Source: Nitrospirota bacterium (lineage in GTDB: Bacteria > Nitrospirota > UBA9217). Taken from it: a stretch of DNA of 64,000 nt. Positions 52,844 through 63,340 of the stretch are shown here, piece after piece. The stretch covers positions 363,850 to 427,849 of the forward strand of contig CAWJQQ010000006.1 of assembly GCA_963845065.1 (NCBI GenBank), in the 5' to 3' direction. The position numbers were made by a program, and so were the translations under genes. Numbering within the stretch: the stretch's first letter is position 1; every line of letters begins with the position of its first letter. A model generated the notes under the pieces. That model was given only the letters and a program-made list of their open reading frames with translations. It had not been told where the DNA came from and searched no databases.

Positions 52844-53539
52844 TTAAAAGGAAGCCGTCTTACTTTTTTTTAAAAATACGACAAAGGCCCCCCGGCCACC
52901 AAGGTTACGCGGCGCTAAGCCGAATTCTACTACCATTCTTTTTCCTTGATCTCCCAACCACGCAGCAACTGCTCCCTTCAGTACCGGACCTTCCGGAGAA
53001 TTAAGTCCCTTCCCAGTTATTACTAAAACAGCCTGCATACCTCTGTTATAAGATTCTGAAATGAACTGCTCTAGCCGCTTGAGCGCCTCATCTCTAAGAA
53101 ATCCATGCAGGTCAATATTCCGGCTTATGATAATTGTTCCGCGTTTCAACTGACGCAAACGGCTGCTCTCAGATCTGCGCTCCGGTTCGAGGATTTCATA
53201 TTCTGGTTGACGAATATCCTTGAGTGAAGACCCAATATTCTGCATCGCTGACAAGAATAGCTCGCGCTCCATATTTACTGTTGCATCCCCCGATAACGTT
53301 GCTTTTCCCCGAGTTGCAACTGTTCCTATGTTTGAGGCTGCCTTGCTGCCTATTTTTCTAGCGCCTGTAACTGCATGAAGAAAAAGCTCGCTTTCGTCTT
53401 CATGAGGTTCGTCTTTTTTGCGGTTCGGAGCTACTTTCTTTGCTGCCGAAGGAGGTAAAGGGGAAAATCCTTTGAGGGATTTGAAGGAATTATTTTTAAA
53501 ATCAACAGGTGCCTCGTCATCGCTCTTCCTTTTTTTCAT
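52844..53539 (-). CDS. Smr/MutS2 C-terminal domain protein
   Basis: IDLHG, VITGKG..S...PVLK, GGRGA..V.L motifs. Confidence 0.9.
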   Translation of the reverse strand: MKKRKSDDEAPVDFKNNSFKSLKGFSPLPPSAAKKVAPNRKKDEPHEDESELFLHAVTGARKIGSKAASNIGTVATRGKATLSGDATVNMERELFLSAMQNIGSSLKDIRQPEYEILEPERRSESSRLRQLKRGTIIISRNIDLHGFLRDEALKRLEQFISESYNRGMQAVLVITGKGLNSPEGPVLKGAVAAWLGDQGKRMVVEFGLAPRNLGGRGAFVVFLKKSKTASF

Positions 53540-53799
53540 AATGCCTATTTCTGATCCGGCCAAGCCCGATCTAGTAAACTTGGAGGCAAAGACATTGATA
53601 CAGAGAGCAGTGGAAAAAAGCTATAAAGAATTTTGCTTTTTCACAATATCTTTCAGATTAAATCCGTATCTAAAGCTAAAGATTATTTTAATTTGTTTAT
53701 CCTAATAATTGAGTAACTGATGTTGACCTGCGGACACGAACTCCTTTGGCCAGTCAATCGGTAAACCAAAACACCAGGGAAAGAAGGTTCATCGCGAAA

Positions 53800-55032
53800 C
53801 TAATGGTCGGGATACCGCTCGGCAATACTTTGGATTGTATCAAGACAGGAAAAGAACGTCTCGACCATATTGGGCTCAAAGTGCGTTCCAGAGGTCGCCT
53901 TAAGCTCATCGAGAACCTGCGATTCTTCCCACCGTTCTTTGTACACCCTATGTGAACTGAGCGCGTCATACACATCGGCAATTGCAACAATCCGTCCGAA
54001 CACTGGGATTTCCTCGCCCTTTTTGGGCCGCGACATACCATCGCTTTTTTCGTAACCGGGGATTACTTTCCCATCAATGGGGTTCACGTGGCCGGGATAC
54101 CCGGTTCCGTCCCATTTTTCATGATGATTCAGAGCGACGATTGCTGCTGCTTCATCGAATTCTGAGTATCGGTCGGAAAACAGCTTCGCACCCATAATGG
54201 TGTGTTGCTGCATGATTTCCCGTTCCTCATCATTGAGCCGTCCTGGTTTCTTCAGGATTGCGTCAGAGATTGCCACTTTGCCTACATCGTGAAGCATGGC
54301 AGCCATTCGCAAAAGGTCCTGGGTCTTTTCGATCACGTCATGAGATATTCCCTGCTTGCCCGCCCATGATTCATAGATAGCAACGGTATAGGCAGCGACC
54401 CGGTTCACGTGAGCGCCCGTCTCTTTGGGATCGCGCAGCTCCGCCATTTTGATGGTTCGGAGGATCATAGTGCGGGTCATCTGCGCCCGTTCGATGGCAA
54501 TAGCTGCCATATTTGCGAAGTGCATCACAAGAGGCTCATCCTTTTTTGAGAAGGGAATCACCTTATCGTTAATGCCATATGCATTGATCAACTGGAGCAC
54601 GCCGATAGTGTTTCCCCGGTTGGTCTTGAGTGGAAAGGTCAGCATAGACTTGGTGCGGTATCCCGATAGTTCGTCGTATGACTTGTTAAATGAGAACGTC
54701 AGGCCAGATTTAAGCTTATACACGTCGGGGATATTGATGGTATCACCGGTATTCGCCACGTAGCCAGCTATCGACTGATTGTTGATCGGGACCGAAAAGG
54801 TGGAATAGATCAGCTTCCTACCTGGCGCAAGTTTTTTTTGCTGTGTTTCATTTTGTGTATAGCTGAATTTGAGTTTATCCCCTTCCTTAATGTAGATTGA
54901 CCCGGCATCGGCGCTTACGAGGTGTCTTGCTTCACGAAGAATCCGTTCAAGGAGCATGTCAACATCCTTGATTTCTGTGAGTTCGATACCTAAACGCATG
55001 ATCATGTTAAGTTTCTGTTTTTCGCTCCGCAT
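53800..55032 (-). CDS. GAF + HD-GYP cyclic-dinucleotide phosphodiesterase
   Basis: GAF (SIAGYVA, YRTKSMLTFPL, GVLQLIN); ETGAHV.RV, LHDVGK, HHEKWDGTGYP, ADVYDAL motifs. Confidence 0.92.
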   Translation of the reverse strand: MRSEKQKLNMIMRLGIELTEIKDVDMLLERILREARHLVSADAGSIYIKEGDKLKFSYTQNETQQKKLAPGRKLIYSTFSVPINNQSIAGYVANTGDTINIPDVYKLKSGLTFSFNKSYDELSGYRTKSMLTFPLKTNRGNTIGVLQLINAYGINDKVIPFSKKDEPLVMHFANMAAIAIERAQMTRTMILRTIKMAELRDPKETGAHVNRVAAYTVAIYESWAGKQGISHDVIEKTQDLLRMAAMLHDVGKVAISDAILKKPGRLNDEEREIMQQHTIMGAKLFSDRYSEFDEAAAIVALNHHEKWDGTGYPGHVNPIDGKVIPGYEKSDGMSRPKKGEEIPVFGRIVAIADVYDALSSHRVYKERWEESQVLDELKATSGTHFEPNMVETFFSCLDTIQSIAERYPDH

Positions 55033-55104
55033 AGTCTATATTTACAGTATCATAGGTAATTTGTCAATCGGCAATCGTCAAACAGGGTCATTGCTATTTT
55101 ACAA

Positions 55105-55133
55105 TTGACTCATATGTACTTTTTTGATATATT
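55105..55133 (+). promoter_or_regulatory. Sigma-70-type promoter of dksA
   Basis: TTGACT-N17-TATATT. Confidence 0.5.
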
Positions 55134-55207
55134 ACAAACTTAAGTTTCGTTTAGTTTATGAAGTTATCCTGTACCACATGCCCGAACATTGAATGCAGAG
55201 GTTGTGA

Positions 55208-55578
55208 TGATGGTAGCGGACTCAAAATTGTTGGCAATTAAAAAAAAGCTTCTTAAGCAGCGACAGGAACTTCTTTCCGAAGCCGAGCAGACACTGAACA
55301 GTAAGATCAGCACTGAAAAAGAAAGCTTTCCCGATCCTACTGATCAAGCCGTGGCTGAGCTGGACAACAACTTTCTGTTGAGACTGCGTGGTCGGGAGCA
55401 GAAGCTGCTGAAAAAAATCGACGAGGCCATTTCCCGGATCGACGGCGGTACCTACGGCGTATGTGAGGATTGTGGAGGCCAGATCAGTATCAAGCGCCTG
55501 GAAGCGCGGCCCGTCACAACGCTCTGTATTGAATGCAAGACACGCCAGGAAGAGGAAGAAAAGATGCAGGCTGGTTGA
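55208..55578 (+). CDS. dksA: RNA polymerase-binding protein DksA
   Basis: PDPTDQA tip motif; CEDC...RLEARP.TTLCIECK zinc finger; start approximate. Confidence 0.93.
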
Positions 55579-55611
55579 CAGGCATCGCGAATCAATATAT
55601 CTTACCAATGA

Positions 55612-55642
55612 AAAGGGGTCAACCTCATAGGTTGACCCCTTT
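55612..55642 (+). terminator. Rho-independent terminator after dksA
   Basis: AAAGGGGTCAACC-TCATA-GGTTGACCCCTTT. Confidence 0.8.
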
Positions 55643-55909
55643 ATTATTTCTAGAAATTGCAATTTAGCAATTAATCTTACGTCTTTGTGTGAAATTTCAG
55701 GTTCCTAGTGTTGCTGTAAAGCTTGCTACCTCTAAGGTGAGTAAATCAATCGTTATATGGATATAGTAACAAAAAAAACCTTCGTTAAACGTTAGAGGAT
55801 GTAGTAAGATTCAAAACTACCTTCTAAATCTTATTCAAAAAATTGTTTTTGTCTGTTTGTCTGTTGTTGTAACGAAATGCTATTTTTATACTACCCGATT
55901 ACAGAATGC

Positions 55910-56023
55910 TCAAAACAGTTCCTTTTTTTCATCTGCTTGCTTGGCAACCCTTAGACAGGACATCAGAAACACCATAAAAACGCTACTGACGGTTAATAGT
56001 ATTGTCCATATTGTCCAACTCAT
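55910..56023 (-). CDS. Small single-TM protein, 37 aa (DUF3789-like)
   Basis: AGGAGGTG RBS; MSWTIWTILLTVSSVFMVFLMSCLRVAKQADEKKELF. Confidence 0.55.
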   Translation of the reverse strand: MSWTIWTILLTVSSVFMVFLMSCLRVAKQADEKKELF

Positions 56024-56629
56024 GAATAACACCTCCTTTTTTTTGTTTAAAAATTTGTTCTTCGACTGTACAAAGATTGCAATAAGGTGACCGAAACCTT
56101 TATTGCGATGGATTCGCAGCTTTGTATTTATAAAGTGCAAATTTATTGCCAACAATAATTCCTTATAAATTAAATAGTTAATAAACAAAATTTATATATA
56201 TAATGACAGAATATAGACATTGTTTTTTTGCTTTAAGCTCTTACAGCCTACAACATATTGAAATAAAATAGTATTTTTTGTGTAGTAATCTCGACTGGTG
56301 TTATACATATGTCGATTACCGAACGATTAAAAGGACTTTATCAAAGATTTACGTGATTTTGATTCCCTACCCAAGCGGGAAGCAGACACTAATTAAATCA
56401 CAATACTAGGCAGTTGCCCCTTATCTTCTTTTTCTTGGTACACTGGTTAAGCGGAATTTCCTTTTTTTTTCTCTTATACACGATACCCAATTAACTTTAC
56501 TAATGGCTCTTGTTACCAATATGTTTTGCGAAAAAATGGAAATTTTCATTTAACTTTTTCCCCACCATACCATGATGATTTGCACCACCTCATCTAGTTC
56601 TGGGTTGTGCAAAAGTGATTTCCCATGTA

Positions 56630-57374
56630 TTCCTTTCTTTCGCACGGCCTTTGAGCTTGTTAGAAGTAAAGTACGTGATGAAGTCTGTGTTCCTGACTGA
56701 GGCAGTCAGCGCCGCCTGATACAGAGCGTACCGGAGATCTGACTTGCCCTGTTTGGAGATAACCGGCGTCGCGCTGTTTGACGTCTTCCCGCTCCGATTC
56801 GCGCAGAGGTCAAGACCAGCCATTTTCAACACCTGCTTTGCACTCGTAAACCTATGCGGATCGCTGATAGCCCCCAGGACCTTAGCGGACAGATCCGGGG
56901 CCCGAATCCCGGGACGCTCAAGAGGTACATATACTCGGGGAACTCCAGGCAGGCATCCTCGAATTTATCCTCCACCGACTTGATGGTTTGTCGAAGCTGC
57001 TTCAGACTGTCCACCATGACCTGGGCTTCGAAGGATGCCGCTTCACCCATAGTACGGCCGATAGAGCCAACTGCCGCTCTCCAGATCGCGCCAACCCTGC
57101 GGTCCTTCTATAAGGTTGTTCTGCCCGGCGCTACGGTGCGATAGAATGCGTCATACTCCATCCCGGCGATCGCGGAAGGGTCAAGGCATTCCCTAACCAC
57201 GGCCAAAGTTTCTGATGAGCCGTAATGCCGGTCCAGCTCCGGAAAATACTGTGCAATGATGTTGTTGCGAATGCACACACTCATACTCTGTTCCCGTTTC
57301 TTCGAACGACGCTTGAGAGCAATGAGTACGCGCACGTTCCGAAATGTCATCAGGGGATACTCGTAAAACAGGCA
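56630..57374 (-). pseudogene. IS110-family transposase, C-terminal part (interrupted, frameshifted, 3'-truncated)
   Basis: CLFYEYP...IIAQYFPELD...LSVPGFGP...VLKMAGLDL...RSGK...ISKQGKSDLRYALYQAA; continues the 63341..63778 fragment. Confidence 0.85.
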
Positions 57375-57526
57375 TAATGCAGAGTATATTGTTATGCGGA
57401 GAGGTGAACCTTGGAAACCGACGACAATGCAATTATTTCAACGGGGTAGAATCGTCTTGCAAATTTAGTTACACCGCATAATAGTGATGTCTTCCTGACC
57501 CTAAATTCATGTTAAAGGAGGACATC

Positions 57527-58774
57527 ATGTTTCAACAGTATTTCAAGCGCCATTCGCGAGTTCAAGCGCTTCGCGAAGGTTCGGGTGGCCCGTTACTTGA
57601 AAGGTTCACTGAAGAGCTTTACCAGGAGGGATATGCAGAGGTAACCGCCCGCAAGTACATCAGAGCGGCGGAGCATGTTGTTTATTGGACGGATCGAAAA
57701 GGCATACAGATCTCAGGTTCGTTCGAAAACAATCTTGAGCGTTTCGACCGCCACTTGGCTCGATGCCGATGCCCGGGCTATGCACACGCCGACCGATTGA
57801 GCGTGCTTAAAAGTGCTCGCTTTTTTTTGAGACATCTGCGAAGCACGGGCGTAATTACCGCTTCAGTTGCTAAAACAACAGATCAGGATCCGATTCTGCT
57901 CGCTGCATTCCGTCAGTGGATGCGCCAGCAGCGCGGAACCTGTGATCCTACCCTCAACAGATACAGCCTTCCTATTCGAGAGTTACTAATACACCTTGGA
58001 GAGGATCCATCCAAATTTGATGCACAGAGCTTGCGACAGTTCGTCCTGGAGAAAGGCCGACGTTCGGGATGGGCATCAGCAAAAATGTGTACGACAGCAC
58101 TTCGCATGTTTCTTCGCTTTTTAATCGCTGAAGGCAAGTGTGCTGATGATCTTGATACAGCCATTCCGGTCCTGGCGCATTGGCGTCTTTCCTCTCTACC
58201 GCGGTACCTGCAGCCTGAAGAGGTGGAGCGTATCATTAGTTCCTGTGATTCGAGCTCACCAGTCGGCAGGCGGGATCGTGCGATTCTACTTCTCCTCGCC
58301 CGCCTGGGACTTCGGGCGGGAGATATCGTCCGGCTTCGCTTGGGCGATATAAATTGGGAAGAAGCCAGTATTCAGGTGTCTGGAAAAGGACGTCGTCAGA
58401 CTCGGCTGCCTCTGACCCAGGAGGTTGGCCATGCGGTAGTGGGCTACCTGCAAGGCGGCCGTCCTCAAACTTACACAGATGTACTGTTTGTCCGCTCTCT
58501 CGCGCCTTTTCGCGCCTTCTCACGCAGTTCCGCCATATCGTCCATCGTTACTCAGGCGATGCGCCGAGCGGGCGTCTCTTGCCAAAGCAGGGGTGCGGCC
58601 CACCTTCTTCGGCATTCCGTGGCAACCTTCATGTTGCGGCAAGGAGCATCGCTGCAGGACATTGCGGCCGTCCTTCGGCACCGCTCAATCGAGACTACGC
58701 AAATCTACGCAAAAGTAGACGTGACCGCTCTACGACAGATTTCTCAACCCTGGCCGGAGGTGCAGCCATGTTAG
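57527..58774 (+). CDS. ritA: RitA tyrosine recombinase
   Basis: LGLRAGDI, HLLRHS, LRHRSIETTQIYAK motifs; AGGAGG RBS. Confidence 0.9.
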   Translation: MFQQYFKRHSRVQALREGSGGPLLERFTEELYQEGYAEVTARKYIRAAEHVVYWTDRKGIQISGSFENNLERFDRHLARCRCPGYAHADRLSVLKSARFFLRHLRSTGVITASVAKTTDQDPILLAAFRQWMRQQRGTCDPTLNRYSLPIRELLIHLGEDPSKFDAQSLRQFVLEKGRRSGWASAKMCTTALRMFLRFLIAEGKCADDLDTAIPVLAHWRLSSLPRYLQPEEVERIISSCDSSSPVGRRDRAILLLLARLGLRAGDIVRLRLGDINWEEASIQVSGKGRRQTRLPLTQEVGHAVVGYLQGGRPQTYTDVLFVRSLAPFRAFSRSSAISSIVTQAMRRAGVSCQSRGAAHLLRHSVATFMLRQGASLQDIAAVLRHRSIETTQIYAKVDVTALRQISQPWPEVQPC

Positions 58775-59676
58775 CTCAAGCTGTGGAGTCATATCTGGCT
58801 GTGCGTCGTGCTTGCGGGTTCGAGTTTAAACCCCAAAGCACTTTTTTACGAAGTTTTGCCACCTTCTCAAATGCAAAAGGCAAGCGGCACGTCTGCTCTG
58901 AAATCGCAATAGAGTGGGCCGGATTGGCGAGATCGGTCCACCAGCGCGCTGCTCGGCTCGGTCATGTAATTCGATTCGCTCGGCATGTCCGTGCCGAGGA
59001 TCAATCCCATGAGCTGCCGCCGGCTGTCTTTGGTAGCGAGAGACAGTCGCGGCCCACCCCTTACATTTTTTCTCAGGACAACATCAACCGTCTCGTGCAA
59101 GCGGCATCTCAGTCCGGTTCCTGTTGTTTGCGTCAACATACCTACAGCACGCTATTCGCTTTGCTGGCATGCACGGGACTGCGTGTGTCCGAAGCACTCC
59201 GGCTGCGCTTTGAGGACATCACCCCAGATGGTTTGGTGATCCAGTGTTCCAAATTTCACAAAAGTCGCCTCGTGCCCCTGCACGAAACCACGCAGGCTGG
59301 ACTCGAACGTTATCTCAAACACCGCCGCCCCTACGCCCCCTTCGATGATCACGTATTCGTTTCGTTGCGCAGAAAGCCACTGCTTCTTCGTGATGTTGAA
59401 ACCGCATTCCAGACTGCGGTCGACAAGATCGGGCTGCGGCGAGGACCGAGGCTACATCGACCCACACCTCACTCATTACGCCACACCTTCGCTGTAAGAG
59501 CCCTGGAAACTTGCCCGGATGGCCGCGAGCGTATCACAAAACATATGTTGGCGCTGTCAACCTATCTCGGTCACAGCAATGTTTCCCATACCTACTGGTA
59601 TTTGGAAGCGACGCCGGATCTGATGAGGAGCATCATAGAACGTTGCGAAACTTTCACCTCAGGAGGGCGGCTATGA
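58768..59676 (+). CDS. ritB: RitB tyrosine recombinase
   Basis: TGLRVSEAL, SKFHKSRLVP, HSLRHTFA, YLGH....TYWYL motifs; overlaps the ritA stop. Confidence 0.9.
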   Translation: MLAQAVESYLAVRRACGFEFKPQSTFLRSFATFSNAKGKRHVCSEIAIEWAGLARSVHQRAARLGHVIRFARHVRAEDQSHELPPAVFGSERQSRPTPYIFSQDNINRLVQAASQSGSCCLRQHTYSTLFALLACTGLRVSEALRLRFEDITPDGLVIQCSKFHKSRLVPLHETTQAGLERYLKHRRPYAPFDDHVFVSLRRKPLLLRDVETAFQTAVDKIGLRRGPRLHRPTPHSLRHTFAVRALETCPDGRERITKHMLALSTYLGHSNVSHTYWYLEATPDLMRSIIERCETFTSGGRL

Positions 59677-60692
59677 CTCCGATCTCATCACATATCACGG
59701 CTTTTCTGCAGCAACGACTGCCAATCGAACGCCGCGCTAGTGACAACACTTGTGAGTCCTATGCATATGCTTTCAAAATGCTCTTTGAATACGCAAGTAA
59801 CTGCCTCAAGATCTCTCCGTCGGAATTGTGTTTGGAACAACTCGACGCGCCACTAATTGTGAGTTTTCTGAACCATCTGGAAGAAAATCGTGGGAATGGG
59901 CCGAGCTCCAGAAACATTCGACTGGCCGCCATTAAGTCGTTTATGCATTTTATGGAATATCGTGTGCCGACGGCCTTAGAACAGATCCGGCGTATTTTGG
60001 CGATTCCATCAAAGAAAGCAGATACACGCCTTGTCAAGCACTTCACGGCTGAAGAGATGCAGGCCATCCTAAACGCGCCTGAACCAACTAAGCGAGATGG
60101 TATCAGAGATCGCGCCATGATTCACCTCTGCTTCGCCGGAGGCTTGCGCGTCTCCGAGTTGATCGGGCTGCGAATTGACGACCTGACACTTCAACCGCAC
60201 GCCAGCATTATGGTTCACGGCAAGGGCCGAAAAGAGCGATGCCTCCCTTTGTGGAAGGATACGACATCGACGCTAAGAGCATGGCTGGCAGTCAGGGGTA
60301 TGGCCTTGGTGCCGGAACTGTTTCTCAACGCTCGTAGCCAACCCATGACCCGCTCCGGCTTCGAATACATTCTGCGTAAGCATACTCACACCGGGGCAAG
60401 GTGCTGCCCTTCTCTATCAACGAAGCAAGTTTCGCCGCACGTGCTGCGTCATACCTGCGCGTTAACGGTTCTGCAGGCCACAAACGATATACGAAAAGTC
60501 TCTCTCTGGCTCGGGCACTCGAACCTGCAAACAACTGAAATGTACACGCGGGCAGATCCTTCGGTGAAGCTAGAAACCTTAGAGTCTATTGTCGCTCCCA
60601 AGTTACGATCTGGAAGGTTCAAGGCAACCGATAAATTGATTGCCTCGCTGCGGCCTAGCAATTTTATGCGGAGTAAAAAGACGTCAAAATGA
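59673..60692 (+). CDS. ritC: RitC tyrosine recombinase
   Basis: GLRVSEL, GKGRKER, PHVLRHTCA, WLGH....TTEMY motifs; ATGA overlap with ritB. Confidence 0.9.
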   Translation: MTPISSHITAFLQQRLPIERRASDNTCESYAYAFKMLFEYASNCLKISPSELCLEQLDAPLIVSFLNHLEENRGNGPSSRNIRLAAIKSFMHFMEYRVPTALEQIRRILAIPSKKADTRLVKHFTAEEMQAILNAPEPTKRDGIRDRAMIHLCFAGGLRVSELIGLRIDDLTLQPHASIMVHGKGRKERCLPLWKDTTSTLRAWLAVRGMALVPELFLNARSQPMTRSGFEYILRKHTHTGARCCPSLSTKQVSPHVLRHTCALTVLQATNDIRKVSLWLGHSNLQTTEMYTRADPSVKLETLESIVAPKLRSGRFKATDKLIASLRPSNFMRSKKTSK

Positions 60693-60754
60693 CCTGTTTG
60701 CGGGGCCTGCGAAAAGCGGGCTCCGCATAACAATATACTCTGCATTATACTTAG

Positions 60755-60788
60755 GCTTCTTTCTGAAATGCCTTATTCAGAAAGAAGC
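60755..60788. repeat. Perfect 13-bp hairpin between the RIT and the integrase/IS91-like unit
   Basis: GCTTCTTTCTGAA-ATGCCTTA-TTCAGAAAGAAGC. Confidence 0.8.
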
Positions 60789-61048
60789 TGGTTGAACTAT
60801 GCCGTACGCGCCACGACGCTATGGGATTTCAAATGATTTTTCTCTTTAAAGCGAGGGTATTGAGTACTGCATCGGCTGGGGCATAAGGCCTGTGACGGGT
60901 GATTTTCGCGTGAGAAGAAGCGATTCAAGGCAATTTCGCAATCCCAACTCGCAGGAAAAATGACCTTTGGACAATAGAATATTGTTGCGAAGAACATGAC
61001 CGTTTTCGGATTGGGACAGGGAGGCTGTTTTTTCGGTTTGAGTGATGT

Positions 61049-62242
61049 TCATATGCGTGGCGGTCCTTTGCAACGAGCAGGCTGTATAATCTCCATGGTA
61101 TGCATTTTTCGTTCACCGCAGGCAGGACATAATGCGATGTCGATGCCGGTAAATCGGAGTAAAGCTTCTTGCCACGTTTCTGTCTTCTGTTCCGATTCGT
61201 TCTGATTGGTGCAGGCCAGAAGCTCTCTGCACCGGTCGAGTTTCTTCCTGCGGCATCTGTTTCCCAACAAGCTGTAATGTCTGATTTTCACAAACTTGTC
61301 AGGCAACACATGAAGCAGGAACCGCCGAATGAACTCATCGGCTTTAAGGGGCATGATCTTGACTTTGTTGTTATCGGAGTAGTCCCGCCACCGGAAAGAG
61401 ACTTCGTCGTTTTCGAGCTTCACGAGTCGGTGATTGCTGATCGCGATTCGGTGGGTGTATCTGCCGAGATACTCAAGAACGTCCTTGGTTTCGTTAAAGG
61501 GTGGCTTGCAGTAGACGACCCACTTCTTTTTATACAGGTCGGTGATTAAGGCATTGAAAGCCCCCGGCGATGCAAGATGGCTTATGTCGCCGGGGTAAAC
61601 GAGTTTGTTTTCGACACGAAACTTTTTCAGATAAGCGAGTAACTTCCCCCGGAACAGACGAGACATGACCTTGACGGGGAGAAAGAAGTCATCTTTGCAT
61701 GACTTCCATTTTCGTCCGTCATGGGACAGTCCTCCGCCAGTAACGATGTTGTGGATGTGTGGATGTTGCATGAGGTTCTGTCCCCAGGTGTGCAGGATGC
61801 TGATGAACCCGATCTCTGCTCCCAGGTGTTTCGGGTTTTTCGAGAGTTCCGTAAGAGTCTCCGAAACGGCTTTGAACAGGATCCCATAGAGGACTTCCTG
61901 ATTCCGGAGGACAAGAGGATTCAGCTTATCAGGAATGGTGAAAACAACGTGAAAGTACGGTATGGGAAGCAGGTCTTTTTCCCGGTCCTCGATCCACTTT
62001 TCCTTCTTCAGGAACTGGCATTTGGGACAGTGCCGGTTTCTGCAGGAGTTGTACGAGATCACCTTTGTCCCACAGTGCTCACACTCATCCACGTGGCCAC
62101 CCAAATCAGCTGTGCGGCAAGTTTCTATTGCGCGCATAGCGCGAAGACGATTCGCGGGCATGGGATGGGCGCTGCGGTAATCAGGGCCGTACCGGCGTAG
62201 GATATCCGCAACCTCAAGCTGTCTGACTTCTCGTGCACACAT
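61049..62242 (-). CDS. IS91-family transposase with zinc-binding N-terminus
   Basis: CRTADLGG..CEHC..YNSCRNRHCPKC; HVVFT; HTWG....HPHIH (HUH); YLGRYTHR (Y2). Confidence 0.93.
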   Translation of the reverse strand: MCAREVRQLEVADILRRYGPDYRSAHPMPANRLRAMRAIETCRTADLGGHVDECEHCGTKVISYNSCRNRHCPKCQFLKKEKWIEDREKDLLPIPYFHVVFTIPDKLNPLVLRNQEVLYGILFKAVSETLTELSKNPKHLGAEIGFISILHTWGQNLMQHPHIHNIVTGGGLSHDGRKWKSCKDDFFLPVKVMSRLFRGKLLAYLKKFRVENKLVYPGDISHLASPGAFNALITDLYKKKWVVYCKPPFNETKDVLEYLGRYTHRIAISNHRLVKLENDEVSFRWRDYSDNNKVKIMPLKADEFIRRFLLHVLPDKFVKIRHYSLLGNRCRRKKLDRCRELLACTNQNESEQKTETWQEALLRFTGIDIALCPACGERKMHTMEIIQPARCKGPPRI

Positions 62243-62264
62243 GGCGAAGCGACAAGCGGTCCGG

Positions 62265-63122
62265 CTACGAAGTCTTTTCGGAGTTAGAGGAATTGTCGAT
62301 ATCGAGAGGACTCACGATCTTTGATAGGTTTTTCTTGCTCACGTGGAGGTAGATCGTGGTCGTCCTGATTGATGCGTGGCCCAACAGCAGTTGAATGTTA
62401 TAAAGGTCCACCCCGGCCTCGAGCAAATGTGTTGCAAAGCTGTGTCTCAGGCTATGGCAGCTTGCGGACTTGATGATGCCGGACTTGCGTTTCGCGCGTT
62501 TGAACGCTTGCTGGATGGTGGTAATGCTTATGGGCTGTCCAGGAATTCCTCCTGGGAAGAGCCAGTGTTTGGGGAGATACTTCTTAAAGTACTCTCGGAG
62601 TGTCTCTAGGGTGCGCTTCGACAACAAGGTATACCGATCCTTTTTCCCTTTGCCTTGTTCTACACGGAGAAGCATACGCTTACTGTCGATGTCGGATATT
62701 TTGAGATGGGCGGTCTCGCTTACCCGGAGGCCTACGGAGTAGGTTACCATCAGCATCGCGCGCTGCTTCAGGCCGCCAGCGGACATCAGTATGGTTTCGA
62801 CTTCGTTCCGTTCGAGAACGGTGGGAAGCTTTTTGGCCGACTTTGGATAGGGTATTTTGTCCATCACCCATCTTTTTTTGAGCGTGGTTTCATAAAGAAA
62901 CCGCAGCGCGGCGTAGGTGATTTTCAAAGAGGATGGGGATAGTTTCCTGTTCTGGACGACGGACAGCAGGAACGACTTGATGTCGTTCTGCCCAAGACGG
63001 TCGGGCGGCTTGTTGAAATGCCGCTCTAAATAGCGAGCTGCCCGGTGATACGCTTCTTGCGTATGCGGACTAAAGTTACGAAGCACCATGTCGCCTTGCA
63101 TCTGTTCTTTGAACGTTTCCAT
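62265..63122 (-). CDS. Site-specific tyrosine recombinase/integrase with SAM-like N-terminus
   Basis: GLRVSE, QGKGKKDR, HSLRHSFATHLLE, LLGH....TTTIY motifs. Confidence 0.93.
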   Translation of the reverse strand: METFKEQMQGDMVLRNFSPHTQEAYHRAARYLERHFNKPPDRLGQNDIKSFLLSVVQNRKLSPSSLKITYAALRFLYETTLKKRWVMDKIPYPKSAKKLPTVLERNEVETILMSAGGLKQRAMLMVTYSVGLRVSETAHLKISDIDSKRMLLRVEQGKGKKDRYTLLSKRTLETLREYFKKYLPKHWLFPGGIPGQPISITTIQQAFKRAKRKSGIIKSASCHSLRHSFATHLLEAGVDLYNIQLLLGHASIRTTTIYLHVSKKNLSKIVSPLDIDNSSNSEKTS

Positions 63123-63320
63123 TGCACAATCTCCTTCCGCTGACTTGAAATTCCAACGGCGTGACGCCGATGGTGATGCGAGGGAAAATTGTAAATCAGC
63201 AGGGATTGTGAAGCAATATGTGAGAGCGTGATATTATTTGGAGATAATTGCGAAGGGATTGCAGATAAAATCAGTGGTGAGTGAAGAGTACCGCCGCGTA
63301 GCGGCTTAGTTCAATGCATG

Positions 63321-63340
63321 TAATGCGGTGCACCGCATTA
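63321..63340. repeat. Perfect 20-bp palindrome at the right junction of the insertion
   Basis: TAATGCGGTGCACCGCATTA. Confidence 0.85.

Larger units (their letters stand above)
57374..60748 (+). mobile_element. RIT element (recombinase-in-trio)
   Basis: Three overlapping tyrosine recombinase genes bounded by perfect 28-bp inverted repeats ATAATGCAGAGTATATTGTTATGCGGAG (57374-57401 / 60721-60748). Confidence 0.93.
60792..63314 (-). mobile_element. Tyrosine recombinase + IS91-like (Y2 HUH) transposase element
   Basis: Two intact co-oriented genes; imperfect inverted repeats TTGAACTATGCCG (60792-60804) / CGGCTTAGTTCAA (63302-63314), 12/13 match. True ends uncertain. Confidence 0.75.

Noticed and set aside
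58354..58767. Long N-terminal extensions of ritB (and similarly ritC from 59511, ftsH from 50812)
   Set aside because: They overlap upstream genes or lack an RBS; the coupled starts fit the families
62265..63122. Integrase as an integron IntI
   Set aside because: Lacks the IntI-specific insertion and has no cassette array; it is paired with an IS91-like transposase
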